Source: Candidatus Colwellbacteria bacterium
Lineage (GTDB): Bacteria; Patescibacteriota; Minisyncoccia; UBA6257; Colwellbacteraceae
Length of the DNA: 64,000 bases
Assembly (NCBI GenBank): GCA_016176525.1
Contig: JACOWZ010000003.1
Coordinates: 537,925-601,924, forward strand
Direction of reading: 5' to 3'
Position 1 is the first letter of the stretch. Each line of letters starts with the position of its first letter. The translations under genes and the position numbers were made by a program. A model generated the notes under the pieces. It saw only the letters and a program-made list of their open reading frames with translations. It did not search any database and was not told the DNA's origin. Shown in pieces: positions 26,979 through 37,191 of the stretch.

Positions 26979-28436
26979 TTATTCTTCCAATATAGGCAAA
27001 TCTACCGGTGCTTTTCCCTTGCGCGCCTCTTGGTATTCTATCTTTGTCGCGCCAACGCCAATAACAGGCGGGTGAAAGAGCGTTGCAAGCTCGTCAATAC
27101 CTAAAATAAAAGTTTCTACTTGCAGAGCCCCAAAAGGAACATTTCTGCCAAGTAATGAACCAAGACGCCTATATTTGCCTGTCACTTTAGGATTGGACTT
27201 TTGATTGAACATAGGGCTTAGGGTGTAGAGATATTGAGGAATATATCTTTCTTTTGCGGCGCGAAACATTAGCCTGCGCCTGCGCTCCAGCCTTTCTTTA
27301 CGGAAGAAATAATCACCCAGAATAAATTTTACAAAAACATTTTTAGAATCCGAGCCAACCTTATTTTTCTTTATAAAAGTTTTCATATTCGGCTTGAACG
27401 AGTTTAAGTCTCTGGTTGCATACTGCGCAATTCCAGCAAACCCAGCAGTAATATTAGAACCTGTAAAAGCGTTGCGCGAATCAATGTATGTAAACCTTAA
27501 TGCGCACTCAAAGGCAACTTTACTCATTTTTCTGTCAATTCGCTCCGCCGCCTCTTGTTCGCCTGGAGTTGCAAATTTAAACATAAGTTTTTCTTCTTTC
27601 TTGGCTGTTTCTGCGCCACCCTTTCCTCCCGCTACTGTGCTTATTAAATCAACTATAAAGTCTAAAAACGCTATAATTGGGTTTTTCTCGGGCTTCTTAG
27701 ATGGCCTACCGTAGAGCTTATCTACAATCTCTTTGCCTTTGTCTTTCCACTCTTTGCCATACTCATCAAAATGCGGGCGGATAATAAGCTGCAAGATAAG
27801 CATTTCGTCTTCTTTAAGGTTAGACATTACCTCGCCGAAGGTAGAAATTGGGTCAAGCCGTTTTTCTTCTGCCGCCTCCTCAAAAAAGTCGTAGGTCTTG
27901 AGCGGGTAAGCGTTATCTCTTGCAAGCATAAAGTCTGTAGAGAATGTACTGAATGTTTCGTTTGGCAGGTTTTCCGGCAATGAATCAAAATAATCCGGCA
28001 CTTCTGTAATTTCTACATTCGGATATTGCGCGAAGAAAGAGTCCATAACAGTTTTTTTGAAACCAGCCGGAACTCGGATATAAAAACCCATTTTGCCGGC
28101 ATGGCCCACAATTTCTAAAGACATCCACCGCTCAACCTCTCCTTCGACCCAAACCTGATACCAATTGTAGCCATATGAATACCAAGCATGAAAACCGGCA
28201 AAAACCTGCTCCATTGCTTTTGGAGATTTTTCGTTGTCTTTAGGAAAAATAACCTGCAAGACAACCCACTTTATCTTTTTAATCGTTGCGTCTTGCTTCC
28301 TTATAAGATAATTTTTAATTGCAATCTTAAAAACCCATCTTATAAACAAAAAGGTCAGTCCAAGAACAAGTAAAACCGCCCAATTCTCTAATAGGAATTG
28401 CCATATAAGCGAAGCGTAACTGATTATCAGATCCAT
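26979..28436 (-). CDS. Conserved hypothetical membrane-anchored protein
   Basis: N-terminal TM, SPKAMEQVF, SLEIV, AQYP, YPLKTY, ELATLFHPP. Confidence 0.75.
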   Translation of the reverse strand: MDLIISYASLIWQFLLENWAVLLVLGLTFLFIRWVFKIAIKNYLIRKQDATIKKIKWVVLQVIFPKDNEKSPKAMEQVFAGFHAWYSYGYNWYQVWVEGEVERWMSLEIVGHAGKMGFYIRVPAGFKKTVMDSFFAQYPNVEITEVPDYFDSLPENLPNETFSTFSTDFMLARDNAYPLKTYDFFEEAAEEKRLDPISTFGEVMSNLKEDEMLILQLIIRPHFDEYGKEWKDKGKEIVDKLYGRPSKKPEKNPIIAFLDFIVDLISTVAGGKGGAETAKKEEKLMFKFATPGEQEAAERIDRKMSKVAFECALRFTYIDSRNAFTGSNITAGFAGIAQYATRDLNSFKPNMKTFIKKNKVGSDSKNVFVKFILGDYFFRKERLERRRRLMFRAAKERYIPQYLYTLSPMFNQKSNPKVTGKYRRLGSLLGRNVPFGALQVETFILGIDELATLFHPPVIGVGATKIEYQEARKGKAPVDLPILEE

Positions 28437-28441
28437 ACCGT

Positions 28442-29266
28442 CTATTTTAGCGCGTATAACCCTCTGCCTACAAGCCTAAAGCGATTATCTTTTATAAGCT
28501 CGTTATGCACAGTGTCTGGGTGCGAAGGCTTAACGCCGTTTAGTTTGTTTACTCTTTCTGCTATTTCGCGGAAGTGTAAGGGTTTGCCGGCATACTTAAG
28601 CACAATATAATTTTTGTCTTTGGTTGTTTTCGGGTTTATGTGCACCCAGTGTTTTGCGCCAAGGTCTCCATACGGGCCTATGCCGAAATTCTTTGAAATA
28701 TGCAAATAGTTTATTATTTTCTCTTTAGGCAGACTAAACTTTTTGCCAGCTGATTCAATAAATCTATCAAAATTATCATCATCAAAAGAATTAAGGTGTT
28801 TTGCAACTGCTCGGGCTTTTTCGTAGGCGCGCTCGTTGTTGTGCCAAGTGCTGTGCCAATCATCATCTTCGTAGACGATATTAGGTTCGCCGACTAGTTC
28901 GGCTATAAAGTGCAAGCGGTTATTTAATATTTTTTCGTTGTCTTTAAGCTTATTGGCTTCTATAAAGTCTTTAACCAAGAGATGCGACGGCCTTACTCCG
29001 CCCTGAGAGTCAAGGTAATCGTGCACAAACTTAAGGAAACGCACAATTTCTTTGTGGCGGCCAATTTCCGACCTTATAGCAGCCATTGTGGAATTCTGTA
29101 TTTGCCTAACACGCTCTCTTGTCAGGTCGTATACCTCACCTAATTCAGCCAAAGTCTTGTAGTCTTCGGACTCTAGGCCATACCTATCCATAACAATAGT
29201 TGCCGCCCTGCGGTCGTGGTTGCTGAGTTCGTTTTGTATTAAGTTGTATAACCTTGCCAATTCCAT
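28442..29266 (-). CDS. Sigma70 region-4 HTH plus C-terminal winged-helix protein
   Basis: RYGL...TLAELGEVYDLTRERVRQIQ; C-terminal GKPLHFREIA...TVHNELIKDNRFRLVGRGLYAL. Confidence 0.8.
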   Translation of the reverse strand: MELARLYNLIQNELSNHDRRAATIVMDRYGLESEDYKTLAELGEVYDLTRERVRQIQNSTMAAIRSEIGRHKEIVRFLKFVHDYLDSQGGVRPSHLLVKDFIEANKLKDNEKILNNRLHFIAELVGEPNIVYEDDDWHSTWHNNERAYEKARAVAKHLNSFDDDNFDRFIESAGKKFSLPKEKIINYLHISKNFGIGPYGDLGAKHWVHINPKTTKDKNYIVLKYAGKPLHFREIAERVNKLNGVKPSHPDTVHNELIKDNRFRLVGRGLYALK

Positions 29267-29300
29267 AGTTTATATATATTACAACCGACTGGCCTATGTG

Positions 29301-30188
29301 TCAACTCCGTCTAAATAGGGTTAGTATCGGGCTTGCGACGAATATAGATGAATATGTACCTACAACGGTGCCAATAAGCATTATTAGCATAAAATACCTT
29401 AAGCTAGCCGGCCCCAGAAAAAGCAGCGCCAAAAGCACCAAAACGAGCGTAAAAGAAGTGTTTATAGACCGTTTTAGAGTCTCGTTAATGCTTTTATTTA
29501 CGATTGTCCCCATCTCTATGTGCCTGGTTTTTATTATGCTTTCTCGGATTCTGTCAAAAACCACTATTGTGTCGTGTACCGAGAAACCCATTATTAAAAG
29601 GAGCGCGACAACAAAGGTTGTATCTATTGTCAGGTCCATATAATAACCGATAATAGCAAAAGCTCCGATGGGGATAACCACGTCGTGCGCAAGTGTAATA
29701 AGAGTTACAACTCCATACTTCCAAGATTTAATCGCTTTTGATGCGTGCCTAAATGCATAAGCAACAAACAGCGATATTCCTACAATTACGAAAACTATAG
29801 CTTGCATTGCCTTATCTTTTATCTCACGCGAAACAGACGGACTAATACTCCAAAAATCTTGCTCTTCCGCTTCTGGGTCTAACTTCTCTTTTATTGCAGA
29901 GAATGCTGATTGTCTTTCTGCATCCGGAATCTCGCGCAGAACCAGCGAGTAAACTCCGCTTGTTTGATCGTAAGAAAGGCTTGTTGGCGGAAGATTTATT
30001 TGAGTTTCAAAAAAATCCCTAATATCTGTTTTACTTACGATCTCGCTAAATTTAATTTGCCAGAGCGAACCGCCGGTAAAGTCCACTCCAGGTCTTAAAC
30101 CAAAAGCTAGAATGCCTACAATTGCAGCAAGCACTAAAATCGCCGATAAACTCAAAAATATTTTTTTGTATCTGACTACATCAATCAT
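29301..30188 (-). CDS. secF: Protein translocase subunit SecF
   Basis: GVDFTGG, LAHDV, GFSVHDTIVVFDRIRE, RSINTS, GTYSSIFVA. Confidence 0.96.
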   Translation of the reverse strand: MIDVVRYKKIFLSLSAILVLAAIVGILAFGLRPGVDFTGGSLWQIKFSEIVSKTDIRDFFETQINLPPTSLSYDQTSGVYSLVLREIPDAERQSAFSAIKEKLDPEAEEQDFWSISPSVSREIKDKAMQAIVFVIVGISLFVAYAFRHASKAIKSWKYGVVTLITLAHDVVIPIGAFAIIGYYMDLTIDTTFVVALLLIMGFSVHDTIVVFDRIRESIIKTRHIEMGTIVNKSINETLKRSINTSFTLVLVLLALLFLGPASLRYFMLIMLIGTVVGTYSSIFVASPILTLFRRS

Positions 30189-30190
30189 TG

Positions 30191-31444
30191 TTATTTAATA
30201 AATACTCTTAGCATAAGCCGACTTATGATTATCGCCGAAAACATGCTTACGAGCACGCCAACACCAAGGGTTAAAGCAAAACCCTTTACAAAGCTTGTTG
30301 TAAATACGTATAAAATTGCAGCGCTTAGAATGGTTGTGATATTAGAGTCTCTAATAGATGGCCACGCGCGCTTAAAGCCCTCGGTTATTGCGCTTGCCTT
30401 AGATAAACCCTTTTTAATTTCTTCTTTTGTGCGCTCAAATATAAGGATATTTGCATCAACCGCCATACCGATAGAGAGTATAAACCCTGCAATACCGGCC
30501 AAAGTCATTGTAAAGCCAGGTATAACCTTTAGCACTGTTAACGTGAAGACAGTGTAAGCAATAAGAGCAATAGAGGCTATAACACCAAACGAGCCATAGA
30601 AAATAGGCATAAAAAGCAGTACCGCAATTGCACCAATCGCTCCTGCAAAAAGCATTTTACTTAAGGCGCCTGTTGCAAGAGAAGGGCTAATTGTTCTTTG
30701 GTTAACAAGCTCAATAGGTGCCGCAAGCGCGCCGGCTTGGAACCGTTCAATTAGTGCCCGGGCGGATTGAACCGTAATACTGCCTCCAGAAATCTGCGCC
30801 CTACCGCCTGTTATCTTTTCGTTTACATTCGGGCAGCTGGCGAATGGGTCTTCCGGGAATATAAAGTTTCCGTCAACCAAAATACATAAAGGTTTTCCGG
30901 CATTACGCTCGGTAATATTTTCAAAAAGTTCTCCCCCTTCTTTATTTAGAGAAAAGTTAACTAAAGGCCTGTTTAGCTGGTCAAACCCCATTGAAGCGCC
31001 GGATATATGCCTGCCAGTAAGCTCTGTTGGCCTAAGGTCTGTTACATCTTCAGCTGCACCCGTAAACTCGGCAAATTGCAGAACAGGCGTCTCGCCTATT
31101 AAGGCAACGGCATCTTTAAGCTCGCTTATGCCAGCAAGCTCAACAAGTAGTTCGTAGGTATCTGCTTTTTTTAATATAGCAACTTTTGGTTCTGCAACTC
31201 CAAAAAGGTTAACTCTTTTTTCTATAACATCCCTTAGGCCTGCAACCGCATTCTCTTGGTCTTCTGGGCGAACTTCAGACAAATCAATTTCGTAAACAAG
31301 GGCAGTTCCGCCTGCCAAGTCTAGACCTAAACGCCAAGGCAAAAAACTTTTACCAAAATCAGTGGGCACTACAAAAAGAGCCGCAAGAACGGCGACAGAA
31401 AATATAAATATCAGAAGTAGTATGTTTTGTCTGTGGTTTTTCAT
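30191..31444 (-). CDS. secD: Protein translocase subunit SecD
   Basis: LGLDLAGG, RVNLFGVAEP, GMAVDANILIFER, IRDSN, VKGFALTL. Confidence 0.96.
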   Translation of the reverse strand: MKNHRQNILLLIFIFSVAVLAALFVVPTDFGKSFLPWRLGLDLAGGTALVYEIDLSEVRPEDQENAVAGLRDVIEKRVNLFGVAEPKVAILKKADTYELLVELAGISELKDAVALIGETPVLQFAEFTGAAEDVTDLRPTELTGRHISGASMGFDQLNRPLVNFSLNKEGGELFENITERNAGKPLCILVDGNFIFPEDPFASCPNVNEKITGGRAQISGGSITVQSARALIERFQAGALAAPIELVNQRTISPSLATGALSKMLFAGAIGAIAVLLFMPIFYGSFGVIASIALIAYTVFTLTVLKVIPGFTMTLAGIAGFILSIGMAVDANILIFERTKEEIKKGLSKASAITEGFKRAWPSIRDSNITTILSAAILYVFTTSFVKGFALTLGVGVLVSMFSAIIISRLMLRVFIK

Positions 31445-31513
31445 AAAACGATAAATAAAATGATACATTTGCCTTGCAAAAAACTCAAATACGCGCAATA
31501 ATTGTGCAATAAC

Positions 31514-31584
31514 GCCCCCATAGCTCAATGGTAGAGCAGTTGCCTTTTAAGCAATTGACCAAGGTTCGATTCCTTGTGGGGGCA
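31514..31584 (+). tRNA. tRNA-Lys(TTT)
   Basis: GCCCCCA/TGGGGGC acceptor stem, anticodon loop CTTTTAA, GGTTCGATTCC T-arm; CCA not encoded. Confidence 0.95.
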
Positions 31585-31628
31585 CAAACGAAGTTTGCTC
31601 TAAATTAAGTTTTCCACAGGCGCATAAC

Positions 31629-31657
31629 TTGACAAAGATAGGGTTTGTGCCTAAGCT
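31629..31657 (+). promoter_or_regulatory. Sigma70 promoter
   Basis: TTGACA-17 nt-TAAGCT. Confidence 0.55.
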
Positions 31658-31725
31658 AAAATCAGCACTCGGAAAAACCAGCCTGGTAGGTTGGGACCGG
31701 TGAAAATAAGGAGGGAAAAAATACC

Positions 31726-32064
31726 TTGATAGAAGTAGGTCAGGGAATGTATGTGCTGAACGGACCGGAATGCGAAGCTCTTGTTCGAGAAATCGACACA
31801 AAGGGCACGTCCGGTGAACTAGGCGCAAAAGGAGGAGCACTCGCAGCGATCGTTCGCACAATGCGGCCTAGCACACCCGATGAGCTAGCCACAGCGATTG
31901 AGAGTGTCGGACTCTTCGATGAAGATCAAATTGATCTAAAAGGAGTCTCCAAAACCATGCGCGAGCTTGCACAAACAACAGCCGTGCCGCGTAAGTTCAT
32001 CCAAGCCGTCCTTGAATCCGTTGATCACTATCAACTTTCAAGGATTCTGGGAAATCTTACATAG
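31726..32064 (+). CDS. Hypothetical protein
   Basis: 112-aa ORF with AAGGAGG SD, own promoter and terminator. Confidence 0.65.
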   Translation: MIEVGQGMYVLNGPECEALVREIDTKGTSGELGAKGGALAAIVRTMRPSTPDELATAIESVGLFDEDQIDLKGVSKTMRELAQTTAVPRKFIQAVLESVDHYQLSRILGNLT

Positions 32065-32078
32065 ATTTCTCCACAACA

Positions 32079-32107
32079 AGCTCCACCGATGTGGAGCTAC
32101 TTTTTTA
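32079..32107 (+). terminator. Intrinsic terminator
   Basis: AGCTCCAC-cgat-GTGGAGCT then T7. Confidence 0.75.
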
Positions 32108-32114
32108 CCTTTAA

Positions 32115-33173
32115 TTACAGTTCCTGATCTAAATCTTCCAAAAGCTTTTTGGCTTTAACGCTTAAATGCTTTGGTGCGCTTGCGTCAAGCTTTATAACTA
32201 AATCTCCGCGCTCTGTAAGCCCTTCGCCTTTAATGCGCAATTCTTCTCCAACTGTAAAGCCAGAAGGTATCTTAAATTTAACCTGTTTACCGTCAATATT
32301 ATTAATGCTTAAGTCTCTTTTTAGGAGAATATCAACTAAACTAACCTGCATTTTTGTGTAAAGGTCGATGCCGTGGCGAGTGAATGTTGAGTGGGGTTTT
32401 ACGTGAACTCTTATATACAAATCTCCAGATTCTGTTTTGTGCTCTCCGGCCTCACCGAGCTTAGAAATTTTTATTATCTGGCCATCTTCAACGCCAGGGC
32501 GCACTTCAAATTCAACATTTCTAACTCCTTTTGTTCTTCCGGAACCGCCGCAACGCAAACATTCTTCGTTCGGAATTTCTCCCGAGCCCCGGCATGCAGC
32601 GCAGACCGCAACTTGCGCAAACTTGCCAAAAAATGTCGAACGCTCTTCTTTTACCTCACCCTTACCTGCACACCGAGCACATTTAGCAAATCCTTTATCT
32701 GGGTTATGCCCTATTCCACTGCACTTTTCACATGCAGTAAAAGTATTAAAAGTGGTTTTTACCTTCTTTCCGCTTTTAACTTCTTCTAACGTTAGCGTAA
32801 TGTTTAACTCTAAATCCCCGCCGCGCCTGTATGTGCGCCTGCGAGCGCCGGCGCCGCCAAAACCCTCAAAAAACATATCAAATATATCCTTAAGGTCGCC
32901 TATATCTTCAGCTCTACCGAAATTCATATCGCCCCAATTAAAAGGACCGCCTCCGCCTGCAAATTGGTCTGCACCTACGCGGCCAAACGCATCGTATTGC
33001 TTCCTTTTTTCAGTATTTGAGAGCACCTGATATGCCTCGTTAACCTCTTTAAATTTCTTTTCGTCTCCCCCACTTTTGTCTGGGTGGTATTTATGCGCAA
33101 GCTTGTGATATGCTTTTTTTATTTCTTCTTGAGTAGCGCTTTTTTCTACTCCTAATATTTTGTAGTAATCCAT
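32115..33173 (-). CDS. dnaJ: Chaperone DnaJ
   Basis: J-domain HPD, G/F region, four CxxCxGxG repeats. Confidence 0.96.
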   Translation of the reverse strand: MDYYKILGVEKSATQEEIKKAYHKLAHKYHPDKSGGDEKKFKEVNEAYQVLSNTEKRKQYDAFGRVGADQFAGGGGPFNWGDMNFGRAEDIGDLKDIFDMFFEGFGGAGARRRTYRRGGDLELNITLTLEEVKSGKKVKTTFNTFTACEKCSGIGHNPDKGFAKCARCAGKGEVKEERSTFFGKFAQVAVCAACRGSGEIPNEECLRCGGSGRTKGVRNVEFEVRPGVEDGQIIKISKLGEAGEHKTESGDLYIRVHVKPHSTFTRHGIDLYTKMQVSLVDILLKRDLSINNIDGKQVKFKIPSGFTVGEELRIKGEGLTERGDLVIKLDASAPKHLSVKAKKLLEDLDQEL

Positions 33174-34066
33174 TATTTTAATACTATTCTTTCTACACTC
33201 CTTGACTCAAACTTTATAACTAAAAAGTTAGAAACAATTAAAACTTCATATATTAGAAATACTATAAGCGAAAGCGGTATGTAGAACAAATATCCTATTC
33301 CTCGAAATACCAACCATAAAACCAAAAGTATTAGAATAAAACCCAATGTTTTGCCCGCAAGTTCAAACGCTTCAAACCACGAAGACATCCGCTCTACAAT
33401 CACTTCCCATATCGGCATATCCAAATTGAACTCTCCAAAATAACCTTCTAGGTTTTCTTTCACCTGTGAAACCGCAGAGTTTATATCAAAACCTGCACGC
33501 TCTTCCTCCGGTATATTTTTTATAATTGCGCCTTCTATTATATTGCGCGGAGTAACATCTGTGCCAAGACCTGTTAAAAGCGGTGCAGCTTCGCCAATCT
33601 TTCCTGCAGCAAAATATGTAACGGAGAGAAATATTAGGGTGCCGGCAACTGCGTTTATAACAATCCCCTTAATAACACGCCTGAAAGGAATCTTGACCGA
33701 ACCTTCCAATACTTTCCAAGACCGGAATATTGTATAAGTTAAGAATGCCAGAAACACTGCCCAGGCAGCGAATAAGTACAAAGACAAAAATTCTCTAAAA
33801 ACAAGTGCAATCGGCAATGCCATAAAAAATGCATCGGCAAATACAGCGATTAAAGCAACTCGGAGATCTCTTAATGCTAAAACTTGAATCGTAAAGAGAG
33901 ACCAAAAAATAAAAAGAGCAATTAAAGTTTGAAAAAACGTGCCTTGAATAACGAAAACGCCTGCTATAGAGGCGGAAGCAGCGACTAGGATTACAATTAA
34001 ACCAGGCTTAATCCACTCATTACGGCGTTCTTTAGGTTCAGAAACCCTAAACGTTTGGTTTTCCAT
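33173..34066 (-). CDS. Hypothetical polytopic membrane protein within the dnaK operon
   Basis: Multiple TM segments; overlaps dnaK and abuts dnaJ. Confidence 0.75.
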   Translation of the reverse strand: MENQTFRVSEPKERRNEWIKPGLIVILVAASASIAGVFVIQGTFFQTLIALFIFWSLFTIQVLALRDLRVALIAVFADAFFMALPIALVFREFLSLYLFAAWAVFLAFLTYTIFRSWKVLEGSVKIPFRRVIKGIVINAVAGTLIFLSVTYFAAGKIGEAAPLLTGLGTDVTPRNIIEGAIIKNIPEEERAGFDINSAVSQVKENLEGYFGEFNLDMPIWEVIVERMSSWFEAFELAGKTLGFILILLVLWLVFRGIGYLFYIPLSLIVFLIYEVLIVSNFLVIKFESRSVERIVLK

Positions 34067-35906
34067 TTTTATACATCGCCTCACCTATCTTCTGCACGGT
34101 TTTAGTAAGGTCTTCTGCAGCAGATTCTATCGCCCCTGCGTTATTATGAGACAAAGCATCCCTTAAAGCTTTGATTTTGCCGCTTATTTCTTCTCTAATA
34201 TTTGCCGGCGCTTTGTCCCCAGCATCTTTTAGCGCCTTCTCTGAAGAGTATATAAGGTTTTCCGCTTTATTCCTAACTTCAATAAGTTCTCTTTTCTTTT
34301 TGTCCTCTGCTGCGTGCTCTGCAGCCTCGCGCTTAAGTTTCTCCACTTCTTCTTTGCTTATTGAAGTAGATGCCTCTATGCGCACAGATTGCTCTTTATT
34401 TGTAGCCTTATCAATAGCTTTTACGTTTAATATGCCGTTTGCGTCTATATCAAACTCTACCTCTACTTGCGGCAGGCCGCGCGGAGCAGGCGGAATTCCG
34501 TCTAATATAAACTTTGCAAGAGTTTTATTGTCTACCGCCATTTCGCGCTCGCCCTGCAAAACATGAATTTCTACAGAGGTCTGGCTGTCCGCCGCAGTTG
34601 AAAACACTTGTTTCTTGGAGGTTGGGATTGTCGTATTTTTGTCTATCAGCCGTGTAAACACTCCACCTAAGGTTTCTATGCCAAACGAGAGCGGTGTGAC
34701 GTCCAGCAACAGCATATCTTTAACCTCACCCTCCGGACGCCTACCTTCCTCTTTTGCAGCTAGTATTTCTGCTTGTATTGCCGCCCCAACTGCCACAACC
34801 TCGTCCGGGTTTATGCCTTTGTGCGGCTCTTTGCCAAAAAGCTTTTTAACGGCTTCTTGAATAGCAGGCATCCTTGTTTGACCTCCAACAAGCACTATTT
34901 CATCAATATCCGATAATTTTAGGCCTGCGCCTTTTGGCTGTTTGGCCGTAACAGTCTCCAGCACAAGTTCAATAGATTTTTGTATGTAATCTTCAACTAA
35001 ACTTTCCAGCTTTGCGCGGGTGAGCTTTATAAGCAAGTGTTTGGGACCTTCTGCTGTTGAAGTTATGTAGGGCAAATTAACCTCTGCTTCAACGGAAGCC
35101 GAAAGTTCATGCTTTACTCTTTCTGCAGCTTCTTTTAAGCGCTGTACGGCAAGCGGGTCTTTAGATATATCTATTCCTTCGCTCTTTTTATACTCTTGAA
35201 TTAAGTATTCAATAATTCTTTTATCAAAATCGTCTCCGCCCAAGTGCGTGTCCCCTCCTGTGGCTTTCACTTCTATTGTATCCCCGCTCTTTTCTAAAAC
35301 CGAAATATCAAAAGTGCCCCCGCCGAAGTCGTAAACAACTATTTGTTCGTCTTTTTGTTTCTCCAAACCATAGGCCAACGCCGCAGCAGTAGGCTCGTTA
35401 ATAATTCTGCGTACATTAAAGCCGGCAATTTCGCCAGCGTTTTTTGTTGCCTGCCTTTGCGAGTCGTCAAAATATGCCGGCACTGTTATAACCGCATCCT
35501 GAATTTTCTCTCCGAGCCTGGACTCTGTATCGCTCTTTAGTTTTGCAAGTACCATCGCGGATATTTGCTCCGGCTTATAAGATTTGTCACCCATTTTAAT
35601 CTCCACGCCGCCGTCTTTAGACTCTAATATTTCGTAAGATAGAAGAGATTTATCTTTTTGAGTTGCTGGGTCGGAAAACTTGCGGCCTATAAGGCGCTTA
35701 ACAGAGAAAATAGTGTTTTTAGGGTTTGTAACGGCTTGCCGCTTTGCAAGCACGCCAACGAGGCGTTCGCCGCCTTTAGATAAAGAAACTACAGAAGGCG
35801 TTGTTCTTTGCCCCTCCGAATTTTCTAATATTTTGGGCGTGCCTTTGTCTACCACGGCAACGGCAGAATAAGTTGTACCCAAATCTATTCCTATAATTTT
35901 TGGCAT
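34047..35906 (-). CDS. dnaK: Chaperone DnaK
   Basis: [35 protein letters not shown]. Confidence 0.98.
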   Translation of the reverse strand: MPKIIGIDLGTTYSAVAVVDKGTPKILENSEGQRTTPSVVSLSKGGERLVGVLAKRQAVTNPKNTIFSVKRLIGRKFSDPATQKDKSLLSYEILESKDGGVEIKMGDKSYKPEQISAMVLAKLKSDTESRLGEKIQDAVITVPAYFDDSQRQATKNAGEIAGFNVRRIINEPTAAALAYGLEKQKDEQIVVYDFGGGTFDISVLEKSGDTIEVKATGGDTHLGGDDFDKRIIEYLIQEYKKSEGIDISKDPLAVQRLKEAAERVKHELSASVEAEVNLPYITSTAEGPKHLLIKLTRAKLESLVEDYIQKSIELVLETVTAKQPKGAGLKLSDIDEIVLVGGQTRMPAIQEAVKKLFGKEPHKGINPDEVVAVGAAIQAEILAAKEEGRRPEGEVKDMLLLDVTPLSFGIETLGGVFTRLIDKNTTIPTSKKQVFSTAADSQTSVEIHVLQGEREMAVDNKTLAKFILDGIPPAPRGLPQVEVEFDIDANGILNVKAIDKATNKEQSVRIEASTSISKEEVEKLKREAAEHAAEDKKKRELIEVRNKAENLIYSSEKALKDAGDKAPANIREEISGKIKALRDALSHNNAGAIESAAEDLTKTVQKIGEAMYKNGKPNV

Positions 35907-35907
35907 A

Positions 35908-36384
35908 TTATTTAACTACTTTTACTTTAGACGCTTTAACTACCCTGCTGTGCATGGTATACCCCGGTTCAAGCACTTCTGCTATTGTGCCTGATTTTAA
36001 TTTTTCTGTGGCCTCTACTACTGCAACAGCTTCATGTATTTCCGGGTTAAACTCTTCTCCCAATACAACGCTTATTTTAGCAATTCCACGTTTGGCGATC
36101 AAGTCTTCCATGCGCTTTTTAAGCATTAAAAGCCCTTCGCTCGGTTCCTTGCCGGCTTCTTTCGCAGTTTTAATACCGAGCTCAATGCCATGCAAGATTC
36201 CTAGCACTTCCAACACAATATCAAGTGCGCCAAACTTAGCCACTTGCTCAAGCCGCGCGGCTTCTTCTTTTTGGTAATTTATAAGGTCGGCTTTTGCGCG
36301 TTTCCAGCCGTTTAAATACTCGTCACGCTCGGCCTTAATTTTTTCTAAAGTGTCGTCTTTCTTATTTTCAACGTTTTCTGACAT
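35908..36384 (-). CDS. grpE: Nucleotide exchange factor GrpE
   Basis: [23 protein letters not shown]...V.V. Confidence 0.93.
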   Translation of the reverse strand: MSENVENKKDDTLEKIKAERDEYLNGWKRAKADLINYQKEEAARLEQVAKFGALDIVLEVLGILHGIELGIKTAKEAGKEPSEGLLMLKKRMEDLIAKRGIAKISVVLGEEFNPEIHEAVAVVEATEKLKSGTIAEVLEPGYTMHSRVVKASKVKVVK

Positions 36385-36394
36385 CAATACGAAT

Positions 36395-36423
36395 AGAATA
36401 ATGAAGCAGCTCCAGCATGTCAA
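36395..36423 (-). promoter_or_regulatory. Sigma70 promoter of grpE-dnaK-dnaJ
   Basis: Minus strand TTGACA-17 nt-TATTCT, 10 nt before the ATG. Confidence 0.65.
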
Positions 36424-36467
36424 ATTATGTAACTTCACAATGGGTTTGGTTAGTGAAAAGTTAATGA

Positions 36468-36578
36468 GCCACCCAGCCATGCTCGTAAAGTCATCTTCGG
36501 AGCGCGACGGCGCGAGAAAAAGGCGAATCCGCCAGCCGGCGGATTACGCCGGTGACTTGTAGAGTATGGGTGGGTGGC
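36468..36578 (+). other. GC-rich structured element (candidate ncRNA or miniature repeat element)
   Basis: Nested helices closing two inner hairpins; G-U pairs favour the plus strand. Confidence 0.45.
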
Positions 36579-36585
36579 GAAGTAA

Positions 36586-37191
36586 CTATGTTCTTCGCTC
36601 TAGTGCTTGGCCGAGAGTTTCTTGGTCTGCAAATTCTATCTCGCCGCCGGATGGTATGCCAATGCCAATGCGCGAGATTTTCTCTGTATAGGGCTTTAAC
36701 ATATCGGCCGCTTGGGCGGCGTTTAAGCTAGCAACCGAGTTTGGGTTAACTGCTATTATTATTTCGCTCAATTTGCCACCCTCCTTTTTTATCCGGCTTA
36801 TAAAATTCTCTAATCTTGCTTTTTGGAATGCTTCTAGCCCAGATTTCTTGCGCAAATCCCCTAATATAAAATATTTGCCTTTAAATTTTTGGGATTCCTC
36901 CAATGTTATAAGGTCTGTTTCTTTTTCTATTAAGGCCACGGTTTTGGCATCTCTTTTTTTGTCGGAGCATATTTCGCAAATGCCGGAATCGCTCTCCGTT
37001 ACAAAAAAACAATTTTTGCAGGTTTTCGCACGCGAGAGCCCCTCAACCGCAGTTGCAGCTTCTTTGATAACTCCTTCTCCACGCGAGGCAAGGTAAAATG
37101 CAAGCCTTATCGCTTGGCGCGGGCCTATGCCGGGCAGAGTTGCAAAAACTTCTGCAAATTTTTTAAGAGACTCCGGCGTATTGTTCTTCAT
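36586..37191 (-). CDS. recR: Recombination protein RecR
   Basis: LPGIGPRQA.RLA, CxxC...CxxC zinc finger, TOPRIM, GIPSGGEIEFAD. Confidence 0.93.
   Translation of the reverse strand: MKNNTPESLKKFAEVFATLPGIGPRQAIRLAFYLASRGEGVIKEAATAVEGLSRAKTCKNCFFVTESDSGICEICSDKKRDAKTVALIEKETDLITLEESQKFKGKYFILGDLRKKSGLEAFQKARLENFISRIKKEGGKLSEIIIAVNPNSVASLNAAQAADMLKPYTEKISRIGIGIPSGGEIEFADQETLGQALERRT

Noticed and set aside
31514..31584. Prophage or ICE integrated at tRNA-Lys (or at tRNA-Glu, 42908)
   Set aside because: No duplicated tRNA 3' end, integrase or phage genes were seen.
36430..36585. SRP RNA, 6S RNA or CIRCE upstream of grpE
   Set aside because: No SRP domain IV motif, no 6S-like central bubble of the right size and no TTAGCACTC-N9-GAGTGCTAA; kept only as an unknown structure.
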